Assembly: GCF_964355755.1 (NCBI RefSeq)
Contig: NC_092674.1
Span: 31,310,001-31,374,000 of the forward strand
Direction of reading: 5' to 3'
Length of the DNA stretch: 64,000 bases
DNA from: Antedon mediterranea
Taxonomy: Eukaryota > Animalia > Echinodermata
The position numbers and the translations under genes are program-made. Every line of letters starts with the position of its first letter. Positions within the stretch are counted from its first letter, which is position 1. Positions 25,633-36,703 of the stretch are shown here, in pieces. The notes under the pieces are model-generated. The model had not been told where the DNA came from and did no database searches. It saw only the letters and a program-made list of their open reading frames with translations.

Positions 25633-28600
25633 ATGTCTAACCGATCCACGTGCTCCAGTCGCCGATCATCAAAGCTATCGTCGAGGTCATCGAACCATAG
25701 AGCCTCGGTGTTAGCAGATGCCGCTGCTGCCGAGACAGAAGCCATGGCTGCAGTGGAAATTGCATCTAAAGAAGCCGAGTTACATATACTAAAGGCGAGG
25801 AGCAAGGCACAGGCCCTACGAGCACAAGCGGACACACTCACCGCCGTTCTAAATGAAGACCTACATGAATTGTTAACCACATCTCCCAACGAAACGTCCG
25901 AAGATCATGTGAAGAAATTCCTGGCAGACACAACAATGACTGACATCAACCTTACAGAAAGCAGTCCAGAACCCGTTACAAGGACTGTTACGGTACCGGT
26001 CAGTGAAAGCGTTGTTGCTACTACTAGCAGTGCTAGTATTATTAATCGGACAGAAATACAGAATGCAGCCAGACCGAAAGTGTGTACTCAACAAACTTAT
26101 GCGGTAAACAGTATGATGAATCAGTACACACCCATACAAACCATCTCACCACACGGGGTGGCGAACACTAAACCTACGTTTACCATGGTTACTGATGTAA
26201 TGAGTACAAGACCCTGGATGTCCAGTTTCACTAGTAATGCACAAAGTACAATACCGCATATGCCAGTGCCTATGAATGATGTGCAAAATATTACACAACA
26301 TCAGATGCATGCCGTTACGACAAGTAACGTACGGAATACTGGACTTTGTACTGACATACCGGTACTAAATTCTACTGCATCATCATTCAATCCATCTCCT
26401 GGAGTACCGGCATACCAACCGACATACCAACCAACGACCCAGAGTATTAACCCAGTGTTTGGTATTAGTAGAGTTTGGGATGGTTTACCAAAACTGAATA
26501 TACCAAAATTCTGTGATGAACACGATGTTAAGCAGTATGTGACATTTAAATCAGTATGGGATAGTGTGATGAGTCAGGCGAAATTACAGCTACCCGAAGC
26601 AACTAAGTTTGCATATTTACGTAGTCACCTTGGCGGACGACCATTAGCAATGGCTGACCGTAACCTCATGCTAGGAGATGACGCTTACAAGGAAACCATG
26701 AAACAGTTGGAGAAGGCCTTTGGTGATCCCAGTAGAATCGTTCAAGGGTTATTGGACCAGCTCCAGGTACGCCCTACAATACATCAAGGGGACTGGGCTG
26801 GTCTCAGAGATTTTTCGGATGAACTGGTAACTGTGGTCCAGACTGCCAACAAATTAAACCATGGGAATGAGCTGAATCACCATCGGTATGCGGCAGACCT
26901 GACAAAGAAACTACCAGACAGGCTCCACGATGAGTTCCTATTCAAGATGTGGAAACAGGAAAAGGGAATGATCTATACTGTTCAAAACCTTTCAACATGG
27001 TTAGAGGAGAAAACAGGACCAGCTGGTCTAATACTGCTAGAAAAAATGAGTCATGGTACAGGAGACCAAAAACCATATGCAACCGCTAAACAGCAGAAGA
27101 AACGTGAACAACCGCCTGCCACGAAGGCTTATATTACTCAAAGTAGTTCAAAGGCTAAGAAGCGTGTTACATGCCTGTATTGTGATGTTGATGAAAGCGG
27201 ACATTACCTAGAAACATGTGGTAACTTCTCCAAGATTAGCTATGCAGACAAAATTAAATGGTTGGAGACCACCAACCGGTGCAAAAAGTGTGCTAAGAAG
27301 CATGATGGTGTTTGCCCATTTCCAAAAAGGTGCAAGGAATGTAAAAAGGACCACAGAAGTAGTCTCCACAAAGTGATTGCACCAGCACCAGCCCCAGCTC
27401 CAGTTGAACCAGTACCTAATCCAACTCAACTATGTACTGGAATGGGTTTAACTGCTAAACTTGACTACCACGATGTACTAATCAAAGTTGTACCCCTAAC
27501 CATCTATGGTGCCAAAGGTTTAGTAAACACATACGGTGTTCTTGATGAGTGTGCAGAACGCACGATGGTATCAGAAAGATTGATAAATGAACTGGGCATT
27601 AATGGTGAGGAAGAGTCAATCAAAGTTAAAACGGTAACAGGTGACACTGACTGGAAAGGAAAATGTGTGGACTTCACCCTCTCGCCCAGAGAAGAACCAG
27701 ACCAGACATTCAATATCAAGTGTGCCTTTGCCGCCACTAAAGTCCAACTTGGGGATTATACAGTTTCTGCGGAGAGGTTGCAGTCAAAATGGCCACACCT
27801 TAGAGGACTACCATTATTTACTGCCGAAAAGGTGCAGCCGACGATATTGATTGGTGCCGATAACATTGAATGTACTCTGTCGTTGGAAACTAGAAGAGGA
27901 CCCAAAACGGGTTCACCAGTTGCGGTCAAGACACTATTTGGTTGGACTGTACAGGGAAAGCAGGGTCTCCAGAAACAAGGAAAGCTACTAGGACATCCTC
28001 AGATGATGTTAACTAGCACTCAACCAGAACATAAGCTGCACCAATTAATGGAAAGATTTATGGCGGTAGATGTATTGCACCATGTAAATCCAAAGGAATC
28101 AGTGCGGTCAAAGAATGACAAGTTTGCTATTCAGACATTGGAAAATGGTACCAAGCAGGTCGAGGTCCAAGGTGTACAAAGACTCCAGACACCACTCCTG
28201 TGGAAACCTGGGTACAGAACCCCGTCTAGTACACCAAGATGTGTTCAGAGCCTAGCTCTTTCTACCCAGAGAAAAATATCCCGCAAACCAGAGTTGGTAG
28301 ACTTCTGTCGATCATATATTAACAAGCTGAAGACGAACGGCTCCATACGAGTTATAGGGCCTGTCGACACATTGTCTCCGGAGCAGCAATTAGGATGGTA
28401 CATCCCCTGTCATGTGGTACACAGTAGTGGGAAGTACAGACTTGTCTTCAACTGTTCGTTTGAATATGATGGTCAGAATCTGAACGATGAGTTACTCGCT
28501 GGACCGACTCTAAGTCCAGCACTATTGGACGTGCTGCTACGTTTCCGACAAGGACGCGTTGGAGTATCCGGCGATATCACCGCAATGTTCCATCAAGTGA

Positions 28601-31413
28601 AACTGACCCCAGAAGACCGACGTATGTTGCGATTCCTCTGGTGGGATGACGAGATGGATACTTGGCTTGTAATGGAGTGGCTGGTACTCCCATTTGGAGC
28701 TGCTTGTAGCCCTTGTTGTGCAACATTTGCCTTACAAAAGGTGGCAAATGATAGAAAAGATCGCTACCCAATTGTCAAGGATACCATCGAAAATGAGACA
28801 TATGTGGATAATCAACTAGCCAGTCGTAACACTATATCAGAAGCCAAAGAACTTGTAGATAAGACACGTGAGTGTCTAAATGAAGCTGGGTTCCAAATGG
28901 TAAAATATGCCAGCAGCCATCTAGATGTAGTTGAACACTTACCCACTGACGTGCAGTCCGGTCATCAATTGCAGTCACTTTCCCTCAGTCAAATTAATGG
29001 GGAACCAGAGCCAGCTTTAGGGCTTTATTGGGATTGTCACAGTGATGAGTTATACCACCCAGCCAAATCTCCAGATAACCGAAAACTTACCAAACGCAAT
29101 GCTCTCAGAGTGCTTGCCAGTCAGTTTGAACCACTCGGAGATATAGCACCTTTCACATCCAGAGCCAAAACGATTGTTCAAGAACTCTGGTCAACAAAGC
29201 TTGATTGGGATGAAGAAGTAAAAGATCCTGACATTCGACAAAGGTGGGAAGAATGGTGTGATGAATTGGAGAAAGTTCCATCAATAAGAATACAGCGGTG
29301 CTATACACCATCTAACATGAGCAGCACAATTGTAAAAAGGACATTACATGTGTTTTGTGATGCCTCAGAGAAGCTTTATGGTGCCGTTGCCTACTTACGC
29401 TCAATGGATAGTGACGGTAGTGTTCACATGAGTTTCGTGTTGGCCAAATGCAGAGTAGCACCAAAACGCCTAACTTCCATACCACGCCTGGAATTACTTG
29501 GGGCTCTTCTTGGTGCACAACTAGCTCAGACTATCACCAATGCACTCACCCTGGATGTGGAACATATTAATATGTGGAGTGATTCAACAACAGTTCTTAC
29601 ATGGATACAATCAGATTCCTGTCGTTTCAAGGTGTTTGTGGGGACTCGGATAGCTGAAATCCAGACGTTGACATCCGACAGTGTGTGGCGTTATGTGCGA
29701 ACAGATGAAAACCCTGCAGATGACATTACTCGAGGTCTGTCAGTGACAGAGCTCGGAAAAGGATCCAGATGGACTGATGGACCTTCATGGCTGCTAGAGG
29801 CAGAAGATACATGGCAGAGTCATAGTGCCTCAGTGCTGGCACGAACTCGAGTCTCATCATTAAATTCATCTGTAGATACCAACGAGATAAAGAAGTCCCT
29901 ATTTTGTGGTGTAACCTTGGCGACTCCAGTACAGAATATAGATTTGGAAGAATTCCCGACCTGGCCAGAACTTGTACAAGCACTGGGAGAGAAACTCAAC
30001 GCAGTTGATGGACAAGATTCAGTTGTATTAACTGCAGAACAAGTATGTGATGCCGAATATCAACTCTTACAACGAGCCCAACAAGAATCATTTAAAGAAG
30101 AGATTGCGACGCTCAAAACCCAGAAAGAAATACCGAAGAGTAGTCGTCTGTTGGAGCTCTCTCCAGAGCTGGATGAAACGACAAATCTAATTAGAGTTGG
30201 TGGACGTTTAAGGAAAATGGATAACAAAACTAGTGTAGAACCACATCCAATTGTCCTCCCATCATCACATCCAGTAACCAAGCTGCTTATCCAGGATGCT
30301 GACAATCATTTCAGCCACCAGGCCGGAACCGAGCAAGTTTTCGCCTATCTGCGTCGTCGCTTCTGGATATTGAGAGGACGAACCTCTGTTAAAGGTATAC
30401 TCAGAAAATGCTCTGACTGCAAACGTTGGCGGCAGAAACCACTGATACCCAGAATGGCTGATTTGCCGGAATCCCGATTAAGGGTGAATAAGCCTCCTTT
30501 CTATTCTACCGGGATGGATTGCTTTGGTCCAATTGCAGTGAAAGTTAGGCGGTCACAAGAGAAGCGTTGGGGCCTTGTCTTCAAGTGTATGACGACCCGT
30601 GCCGTTCATCTAGAACTGTTAGAGTCTCTTGATGTGGATCATTTTCTGATGGCGTATAGGCGTTTTGCCTCACGCAGAGGAGTACCATATGAGCTCCGTA
30701 GTGACTGTGGGACAAACTTCAAGGGAGCGGAGAAAGAGATTGAGACTGCACTGAAGGCAATGGAACCAGAGTTGACCAGTCGTCTGGCAAAATTTAAAGT
30801 GAGATTTTGCTTCAACCCTCCAAGTGCTCCTCATTTCGGTGGATTGTGGGAGCGGGAAGTGCGCTCTATCAAATGTGCGCTGAAAGGGGTTCTACGAGAC
30901 CGAGTAGTACCTGATGTTGTGCTACGTACTGTTCTGACGGAAGTGGAAGGTATTATGAACTCTAAACCTCTTGGCTACGCATCCTCCGAGATAGCTGATA
31001 TCGACCCAGTTACGCCAAATATGTTGTTGATGGGGCGGCGGGATCCTGCCCTACCTATGGTGGTGTACGACGAGTCAGAACTGAAAAGACGGCGTAATTG
31101 GCGACATAGTCAAGTTCTAGCGGATCAGTTTTGGCGTCAGTTCATCAGGTCATACTTACCTACTCTGCAAAGGCGCCAGAAGTGGCAGAAGGAAGTCGAA
31201 AACCTAGAAGTTGGAGACGTGGTGATGATCGTAGATCCCCAGTTGAGCCGATCTCAGTGGCCAGTCGGTGTTGTTTCGGCACTCTATCCAAGCAGTGACA
31301 ACCGAGTGAGAGTGGTGGATGTTCGTGTCAACAAAAAGGCTTATCGACGACCAGTGGCAAAGCTCGTGAAGTTGATGAAATGTGACGATCAAGTCGAAGA
31401 ATCGAGCCCGTGA
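25633..31413 (+). CDS. BEL/Pao Gag-Pol polyprotein, 1926 aa (Gag, Cys/His knuckles, protease, RT, RNase H, integrase)
   Basis: Three Cys/His knuckles typical of BEL Gag; protease VLDECAERT; RT DITAMFHQV, VLPFGAACSP, YVDN; RNase H LHVFCDASEKLYGAVAYLR, SIPRLELLGA; integrase H...H/CxxC, DCFGP, SDCGTNF, APHFGGLWEREVRSIK. Confidence 0.97.
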   Translation: MSNRSTCSSRRSSKLSSRSSNHRASVLADAAAAETEAMAAVEIASKEAELHILKARSKAQALRAQADTLTAVLNEDLHELLTTSPNETSEDHVKKFLADTTMTDINLTESSPEPVTRTVTVPVSESVVATTSSASIINRTEIQNAARPKVCTQQTYAVNSMMNQYTPIQTISPHGVANTKPTFTMVTDVMSTRPWMSSFTSNAQSTIPHMPVPMNDVQNITQHQMHAVTTSNVRNTGLCTDIPVLNSTASSFNPSPGVPAYQPTYQPTTQSINPVFGISRVWDGLPKLNIPKFCDEHDVKQYVTFKSVWDSVMSQAKLQLPEATKFAYLRSHLGGRPLAMADRNLMLGDDAYKETMKQLEKAFGDPSRIVQGLLDQLQVRPTIHQGDWAGLRDFSDELVTVVQTANKLNHGNELNHHRYAADLTKKLPDRLHDEFLFKMWKQEKGMIYTVQNLSTWLEEKTGPAGLILLEKMSHGTGDQKPYATAKQQKKREQPPATKAYITQSSSKAKKRVTCLYCDVDESGHYLETCGNFSKISYADKIKWLETTNRCKKCAKKHDGVCPFPKRCKECKKDHRSSLHKVIAPAPAPAPVEPVPNPTQLCTGMGLTAKLDYHDVLIKVVPLTIYGAKGLVNTYGVLDECAERTMVSERLINELGINGEEESIKVKTVTGDTDWKGKCVDFTLSPREEPDQTFNIKCAFAATKVQLGDYTVSAERLQSKWPHLRGLPLFTAEKVQPTILIGADNIECTLSLETRRGPKTGSPVAVKTLFGWTVQGKQGLQKQGKLLGHPQMMLTSTQPEHKLHQLMERFMAVDVLHHVNPKESVRSKNDKFAIQTLENGTKQVEVQGVQRLQTPLLWKPGYRTPSSTPRCVQSLALSTQRKISRKPELVDFCRSYINKLKTNGSIRVIGPVDTLSPEQQLGWYIPCHVVHSSGKYRLVFNCSFEYDGQNLNDELLAGPTLSPALLDVLLRFRQGRVGVSGDITAMFHQVKLTPEDRRMLRFLWWDDEMDTWLVMEWLVLPFGAACSPCCATFALQKVANDRKDRYPIVKDTIENETYVDNQLASRNTISEAKELVDKTRECLNEAGFQMVKYASSHLDVVEHLPTDVQSGHQLQSLSLSQINGEPEPALGLYWDCHSDELYHPAKSPDNRKLTKRNALRVLASQFEPLGDIAPFTSRAKTIVQELWSTKLDWDEEVKDPDIRQRWEEWCDELEKVPSIRIQRCYTPSNMSSTIVKRTLHVFCDASEKLYGAVAYLRSMDSDGSVHMSFVLAKCRVAPKRLTSIPRLELLGALLGAQLAQTITNALTLDVEHINMWSDSTTVLTWIQSDSCRFKVFVGTRIAEIQTLTSDSVWRYVRTDENPADDITRGLSVTELGKGSRWTDGPSWLLEAEDTWQSHSASVLARTRVSSLNSSVDTNEIKKSLFCGVTLATPVQNIDLEEFPTWPELVQALGEKLNAVDGQDSVVLTAEQVCDAEYQLLQRAQQESFKEEIATLKTQKEIPKSSRLLELSPELDETTNLIRVGGRLRKMDNKTSVEPHPIVLPSSHPVTKLLIQDADNHFSHQAGTEQVFAYLRRRFWILRGRTSVKGILRKCSDCKRWRQKPLIPRMADLPESRLRVNKPPFYSTGMDCFGPIAVKVRRSQEKRWGLVFKCMTTRAVHLELLESLDVDHFLMAYRRFASRRGVPYELRSDCGTNFKGAEKEIETALKAMEPELTSRLAKFKVRFCFNPPSAPHFGGLWEREVRSIKCALKGVLRDRVVPDVVLRTVLTEVEGIMNSKPLGYASSEIADIDPVTPNMLLMGRRDPALPMVVYDESELKRRRNWRHSQVLADQFWRQFIRSYLPTLQRRQKWQKEVENLEVGDVVMIVDPQLSRSQWPVGVVSALYPSSDNRVRVVDVRVNKKAYRRPVAKLVKLMKCDDQVEESSP

Positions 31414-31570
31414 TTATTAGTTTTGACTTAAAAGGCGCGTAATTTTATGCAACTTAAATCATTTTAATGTTAAAGGAAATTTAATCTGTTGATTAATAAT
31501 ACAGAAAAATAAGTACATGACTTGATACCTTGATTGATAAGGCGAATTTCCTAAGAAATTCGGGGGCGGC

Positions 31571-31777
31571 TGTTAAGACAGTGCCATATTCCAAAAAGGG
31601 TCATAGCGCCCTCTGTTGTTGGATTTTCGTTGTTGTTGAAAATGGCGATTGTATCGTCACAGTAAAGTTTGTTATTGTTTAATAAATGAATGATGTTGTT
31701 ATAATCAATTCGTGTGTGGTACTTATTTGCAAGTAAAGATTCAAGTAAACAAACCCAGCAACCTCCCAAACAGAACA
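31571..31777 (+). repeat. 3' LTR
   Basis: Identical to the 5' LTR. Confidence 0.97.
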
Positions 31778-32476
31778 ACTGCTGTACCTACATGTTTAAC
31801 ATGGACCCATGGAGTACTCTCCATGATATACCTCTATATATAGACTGCTGTATCTACATGTTTAACATGGATCCATGGAGTACTCTCCATGATATACCTC
31901 TATATATAGACTGCTGTACCTACATGTTTAACATGGACCCATGGAGTACTCTCCATGATATACCTCTATATATAGACTGCTGTACCTCCTACATGTTTAA
32001 CATGGACCCATGGAGTACTCTCCATGATATACCTCTATATATAGACTGCTGTATCTACATGTTTAACATGGACCCATGGAGTACTCTCCATGATATACCT
32101 CTATATATAGACTGCTGTACCTCCTACATGTTTAACATGGACCCATGGAGTACTCTCCATGATATACCTCTATATATAGACTGCTGTACCTACATGTTTA
32201 ACATGGACCCATGGAGTACTCTCCATGATATACCTCTATATATAGACTGATGTACCTACATGTTTAACATGGACCCATGGAGTACTCTCCATGATATACC
32301 TCTATATATAGACTGCTGTACCTCCTACATGTTTAACATGGATCCATGGAGTACTCTCCATGATATATCTCTATATATAGACTGCTGTACCTCCTACATG
32401 TTTAACATGGACCCATGGAGTACTCTCCATGATATACCTCTATATATAGACTGCTGTATGTACATGTTTAACATGG
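31778..32476. repeat. 66/69-bp satellite, segment 3 (~10 units)
   Basis: Array resumes in register after the TSD actgc. Confidence 0.97.
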
Positions 32477-32519
32477 TTAAGAGCTGCTAGGTCAGAAACA
32501 TGGGATTGAAAAAACGGAC

Positions 32520-32765
32520 AGATTGTCACGAACGTGACAAAACCGGCGAGTGATACAACAACAACAACAACAACAACAACAACATATATATGGCTGCAGT
32601 CGCGTGCTAAAATTTGAGTCAGTGTTGACCTACCGACCGTCCGACCGATTGACCAACCAACCAACCAACCAACCGACCGACCGACATAGTGAGCTGTAGA
32701 GGTCTGATACCCAAAAGTGTCACTGAATGTCACGACAAGGAACCGGTGAATGATTACAACATCGC
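32520..32765. repeat. Microsatellite-bearing interspersed element fragment, possibly Helentron/HINE-like
   Basis: (AAC)n at ~32555-32583; (GACC/AACC)n at 32627-32684 followed by gacatagtgagc; agtcgcgtgc motif. Confidence 0.35.
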
Positions 32766-35700
32766 GCCTGGAATGCGAATTCACTTTTACATCTGACATT
32801 GATTGAAAATAGACGAGGGGTTAGGGAGGATTCGTATGAGGATACTACGAAATTAATTTTACTATAATCACCACACCATCTACTAGGTTTAAACGAGGTA
32901 ATAACCTATCTATCCCAAAAGCCAGTACTATGGCTGGTCAATTTAGAATTTCGTTTACTGGCACAAAATTTTGTAATAATTTATCACTCGACATAAAAAA
33001 AAATACTTCAAAAATTAATTTCGTAAAAAATATAACTGAACTACTATTATCGAGATACTGATTAATGCTGGCCCACCTCTTTCTTTTTGTCATTATTGTG
33101 TTTTCTTACATTATTGTATAATTATATTATCAAAATCGTTTGCACTGAACAGTATTATATTTGTTAATCAGGTGTAAACCATTGACTAGCGAAAGCTATT
33201 TGTTTATACCGTTTTGCCATTGGTGAATAAAGAATTATGAATTTTATTACTCAATTTTATGTTTATTTTGCTAGCCATATGTTAAAATTTCAATAAAGAG
33301 AATGCTTCAAATATATTAAATACAAACATTAATAATAATTAAATGTATATGTACATTTTTTAAGAGAAAAAATAGAGATAAAAGTGAGATGAACCCGCAT
33401 AAGATTAAAACAAATATATTATATATTAAATAAATAATGACGGCAACTAAAAGAACATATGTTCGATTATAATGCATAATAATCATACTGAAATTCGCTG
33501 TTTAAAGGGAACACGAATGTTGCGAGTAGGAAACCTGGTTAAGGTTCTTTTTTTTAATCAAAAGGCAAATCATATTACGAAGTCATGCAAGATGTTGTAT
33601 CCTGTATCATTATATACATACTATGGGGAGTGGGGTTCAGGGTGGAAGAAACGCGTGTTTGATTTTTTCTCTTCGAACATGGTAGCGTTAGGCTAAGGAG
33701 ATGGTGTGGTGATTATTGTAAAATGTATCCATCCTATCATACTTCACGTTTAGGAAGTAAAGAAATTGATATTGATACTTCTGGTTCTATCATATATTTA
33801 TTTTTTCCTCCATGGTTATCCCTATAATTTAGTTATTAGTTATACAAAACATCACGACGGTGTTTGTCAAACAACTACAAATAGCAATGTTTCAAAACAG
33901 ACATAATAATTTCTCAATTTATATTTACATTTTATACGTACATTTTGAAACTAATTATTCTTGTTTTTTGTTTATTTCATTTTTTTATTTAACTTTATTT
34001 AGAGCAAAACAACCATATGTTGGCAATCAAGGGGCCGTCATATAACCTAAAACAAACATTATATAAAATAACAAAGAAATATATACAAAAATATACTATT
34101 ATTTATTTATTATTTAATTCTATTTTTTTTCTTCTAATTACATAAGAACATTTGTTAATAATGCATAATTTAATCATAATTCGTTGTTTAACAATAGTTA
34201 TCAGTTGAAGTTGTAGTATTTAAGGGAACACACAAGTGTGTAGTTGTGAGTACGAATTCAAATTTACAAGGTTGTTCAACAGATCTGTCACCAATCATAA
34301 ATCAGGTATATATTTCGTATTACAGCATTAACATTGTTTGATCCTCACTAGACACGCAATTGCAACGCAAGGACGTACGCGCAATGTGATTGACCAATCA
34401 CAAGCGATGTATTTCTTTTATAATTGTCGCTTGTCATTAGTCCACTCGCTTACGGGTGTTCATTTTCCTCAAACATAATGGAAGCAAGTGTTAGTGGGTG
34501 ATCCATAATAGGCCTACACTATTCATAGACCCGTCGCTGCTGAAAAGTTTCAAAAGAACGGTTTTATAAAAAAGATCGCTTGCATCTGAAAATTGCTCGT
34601 TGCTCCACGGAAACAGTTTTAAACACTGGTATTTGACGATCGAGCCCAGAATGAATTTGGGGTTTTAAAACCGAATTTATGATCGGTTCTTTTTTATATG
34701 GACCCGTCTCTGCTGGAATACCGTTCTTTATACGCTATTTTTTCTATTCTCTTACTCTGCAGAAACACTTGAGGATACTGTCTAGGCGGGTCTTGCGCCC
34801 TGAATTGCAGAGAGGAACAGTGGTGGTGTTTCAATCATCTTCGTTGTTTTATTTATTTGTTTATTGTCATTAACGGGTTGTCTAGCCTATTTCCTGATCA
34901 GAGTCTATATAATTTTAATAATCAACTAAAACTCAAAGCGCTTTGATCTTTACGAAATAGCGCTATATAAACGTCTCATTACTAATATTATAAACAATGC
35001 TGGGCTTACATTTGCCCAGTCAGATAAAAAGGCAAAATCAGCACTGTGGTCATGTTACAAGTGTCATGTACAAACAATATAGATTCTCTGATAAAACTCC
35101 TAGAAAATAGGAAGCTTTTTCCATTCTTCCTCTGACTGCAGTAGCATTGGAACTAACAAAAGGAGGACCTATCACCGTCCATCTTGTCTCATGAGACAAT
35201 CACATGCGGATCATTTAAATGTATTGTATTCTTGTTATTACTATTAAAACTATCGATATTGTTGTGGGTGTTTGTGGTAACTCGGTTCATGATTTAAATG
35301 ACTTACCTTAATCCAAACACATCTTGTTAATTTTGTTGTAATATAAGAAATGGCTGATCGGATCCGTGTAACTCACCACCTCGTCTCTCATTGATAATCA
35401 TGAATTTGACCGCCGAGTCTATTTCGCGCCAAATTTACATCCAAGTGTAGATCCACCTGTATAGCTTTGCGTTTAATTAAAAGGCCAGCATTTTATTGGT
35501 CTATTGGGTAAGTTGGAGTTCTGAAAATTCAAATGAATTTGAATATACGCTAGTTGTCTGAATCGTTACTGATGTATTTATTCACAACTGAACCAAAAAT
35601 ACAAAAACAAACCAACAAAAAAACGTCTGCAGATAACTAGAGAACGTCAGATAATCATAGCTCTTAATAGTAGTTTAAAACTAAGATCTAATAGAGATGT

Positions 35701-35950
35701 CTTAGATTTAAAGATATCTCTATTTAAATAGTGATATCTATATTAATAGAGATATCTTAAAAGAGGTACAGTATCTCTGTTAATAAAGATATCTCTATTT
35801 AAATCTAAGATATGTCTACTTCTCGAATAAATGACAGCTTGGCGCGCCATATCGTAACTCTCGATATTAGGTGTGAATGCCTTCAGTAATTGCAGAACTA
35901 TTGAATTAAAAACGTATGCAATAATTATGTGTTGTATTTTATTTTACAGT

Positions 35951-36703
35951 ATGGTCTTGTTAAAATTACGGTTTGTGATAGGACTACTTATCATCGGTTT
36001 AATTTCAAATGAGGTTCTAGGAAGGTCAATCGGCAGACGTACGCGTAAAGTAAGCGTCGTCGGCGATGATGGAAGCAACGTCGGCGATGTTGGAAGCAAC
36101 GTCGGCAATGATGTAAGCAACGTAGGCGATGATGTAAGCAACGTAGGCGATGATGATGAAGACAACGTAGGCGATGATGATGAAGGCAACGTCGGCGATG
36201 TTGGAAGCAACGTCGGCAATGATGTAAGCAACGTAGGCGATGATGATGAAGACAACGTAGGCGATGATGATGAAGGCAACGTCGGCGATGTTGGAAGCAA
36301 CGTCGGCAATGATGTAAGCAACGTAGGCGATGATGTAAGCAACGTAGGCGATGATGATGAAGACAACGTAGGCGATGATGATGAAGGCAACGTCGGCGAT
36401 GTTGGAAGCAACGTCGGCAATGATGTAAGCAACGTAGGCGATGATGTAAGCAACGTAGGCGATGATGATGAAGACAACGTAGGCGATGATGATGAAGGCA
36501 ACGACGGCGATAATAACCTCGATGGCGGTGATGAAGAAGGCAACGACGGCGATAATGGAAACCTCGATGGCGGTGATGGAGAAGGCAACGACGGCGATAA
36601 TGGAAGCGTCGATGGAGACAGCTGGATAACAACAACCATCAACGATGGAGAAAGATTCCCACCCGCGGACATCGGGTACACCGAATATAAAACAACCACA
36701 TAG
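35951..36703 (+). CDS. Secreted Asp/Asn/Gly/Val-rich tandem-repeat protein, 250 aa; paralog of 19077-20858
   Basis: ATG after acceptor tacag-t, same context as the paralog. Signal MVLLKLRFVIGLLIIGLISNEVLG, basic RRTRK site, then SNVGDD/DDEDNVGDDDEGN repeats. Confidence 0.85.
   Translation: MVLLKLRFVIGLLIIGLISNEVLGRSIGRRTRKVSVVGDDGSNVGDVGSNVGNDVSNVGDDVSNVGDDDEDNVGDDDEGNVGDVGSNVGNDVSNVGDDDEDNVGDDDEGNVGDVGSNVGNDVSNVGDDVSNVGDDDEDNVGDDDEGNVGDVGSNVGNDVSNVGDDVSNVGDDDEDNVGDDDEGNDGDNNLDGGDEEGNDGDNGNLDGGDGEGNDGDNGSVDGDSWITTTINDGERFPPADIGYTEYKTTT

Larger units (their letters stand above)
25348..31777 (+). mobile_element. Full-length BEL/Pao LTR retrotransposon (6430 bp)
   Basis: Identical 207-bp LTRs, TG...CA (25348-25554, 31571-31777). 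5-bp TSD actgc (25343-25347, 31778-31782). PBS tggtccctcgagccggat at 25557, complementary to the tRNA-Tyr 3' end. Purine-rich tract gggggcggc before the 3' LTR. Single ORF. Confidence 0.98.

Noticed and set aside
25295-31778. Antisense ORFs MFCLGGCW... in the LTRs and short ORFs inside pol
   Set aside because: They are by-products of the LTR duplication and of pol codon structure, with no recognisable domains and no env-like ORF.
22052-32490. Satellite as a CRISPR array or as a repeat-protein gene (136, 179, 403, 178 and 76 aa ORFs)
   Set aside because: There are no unique spacers or cas genes and the context is eukaryotic. The ORFs follow from a unit length divisible by 3, lack a signal or splice context, and are broken by stops and two TE insertions.
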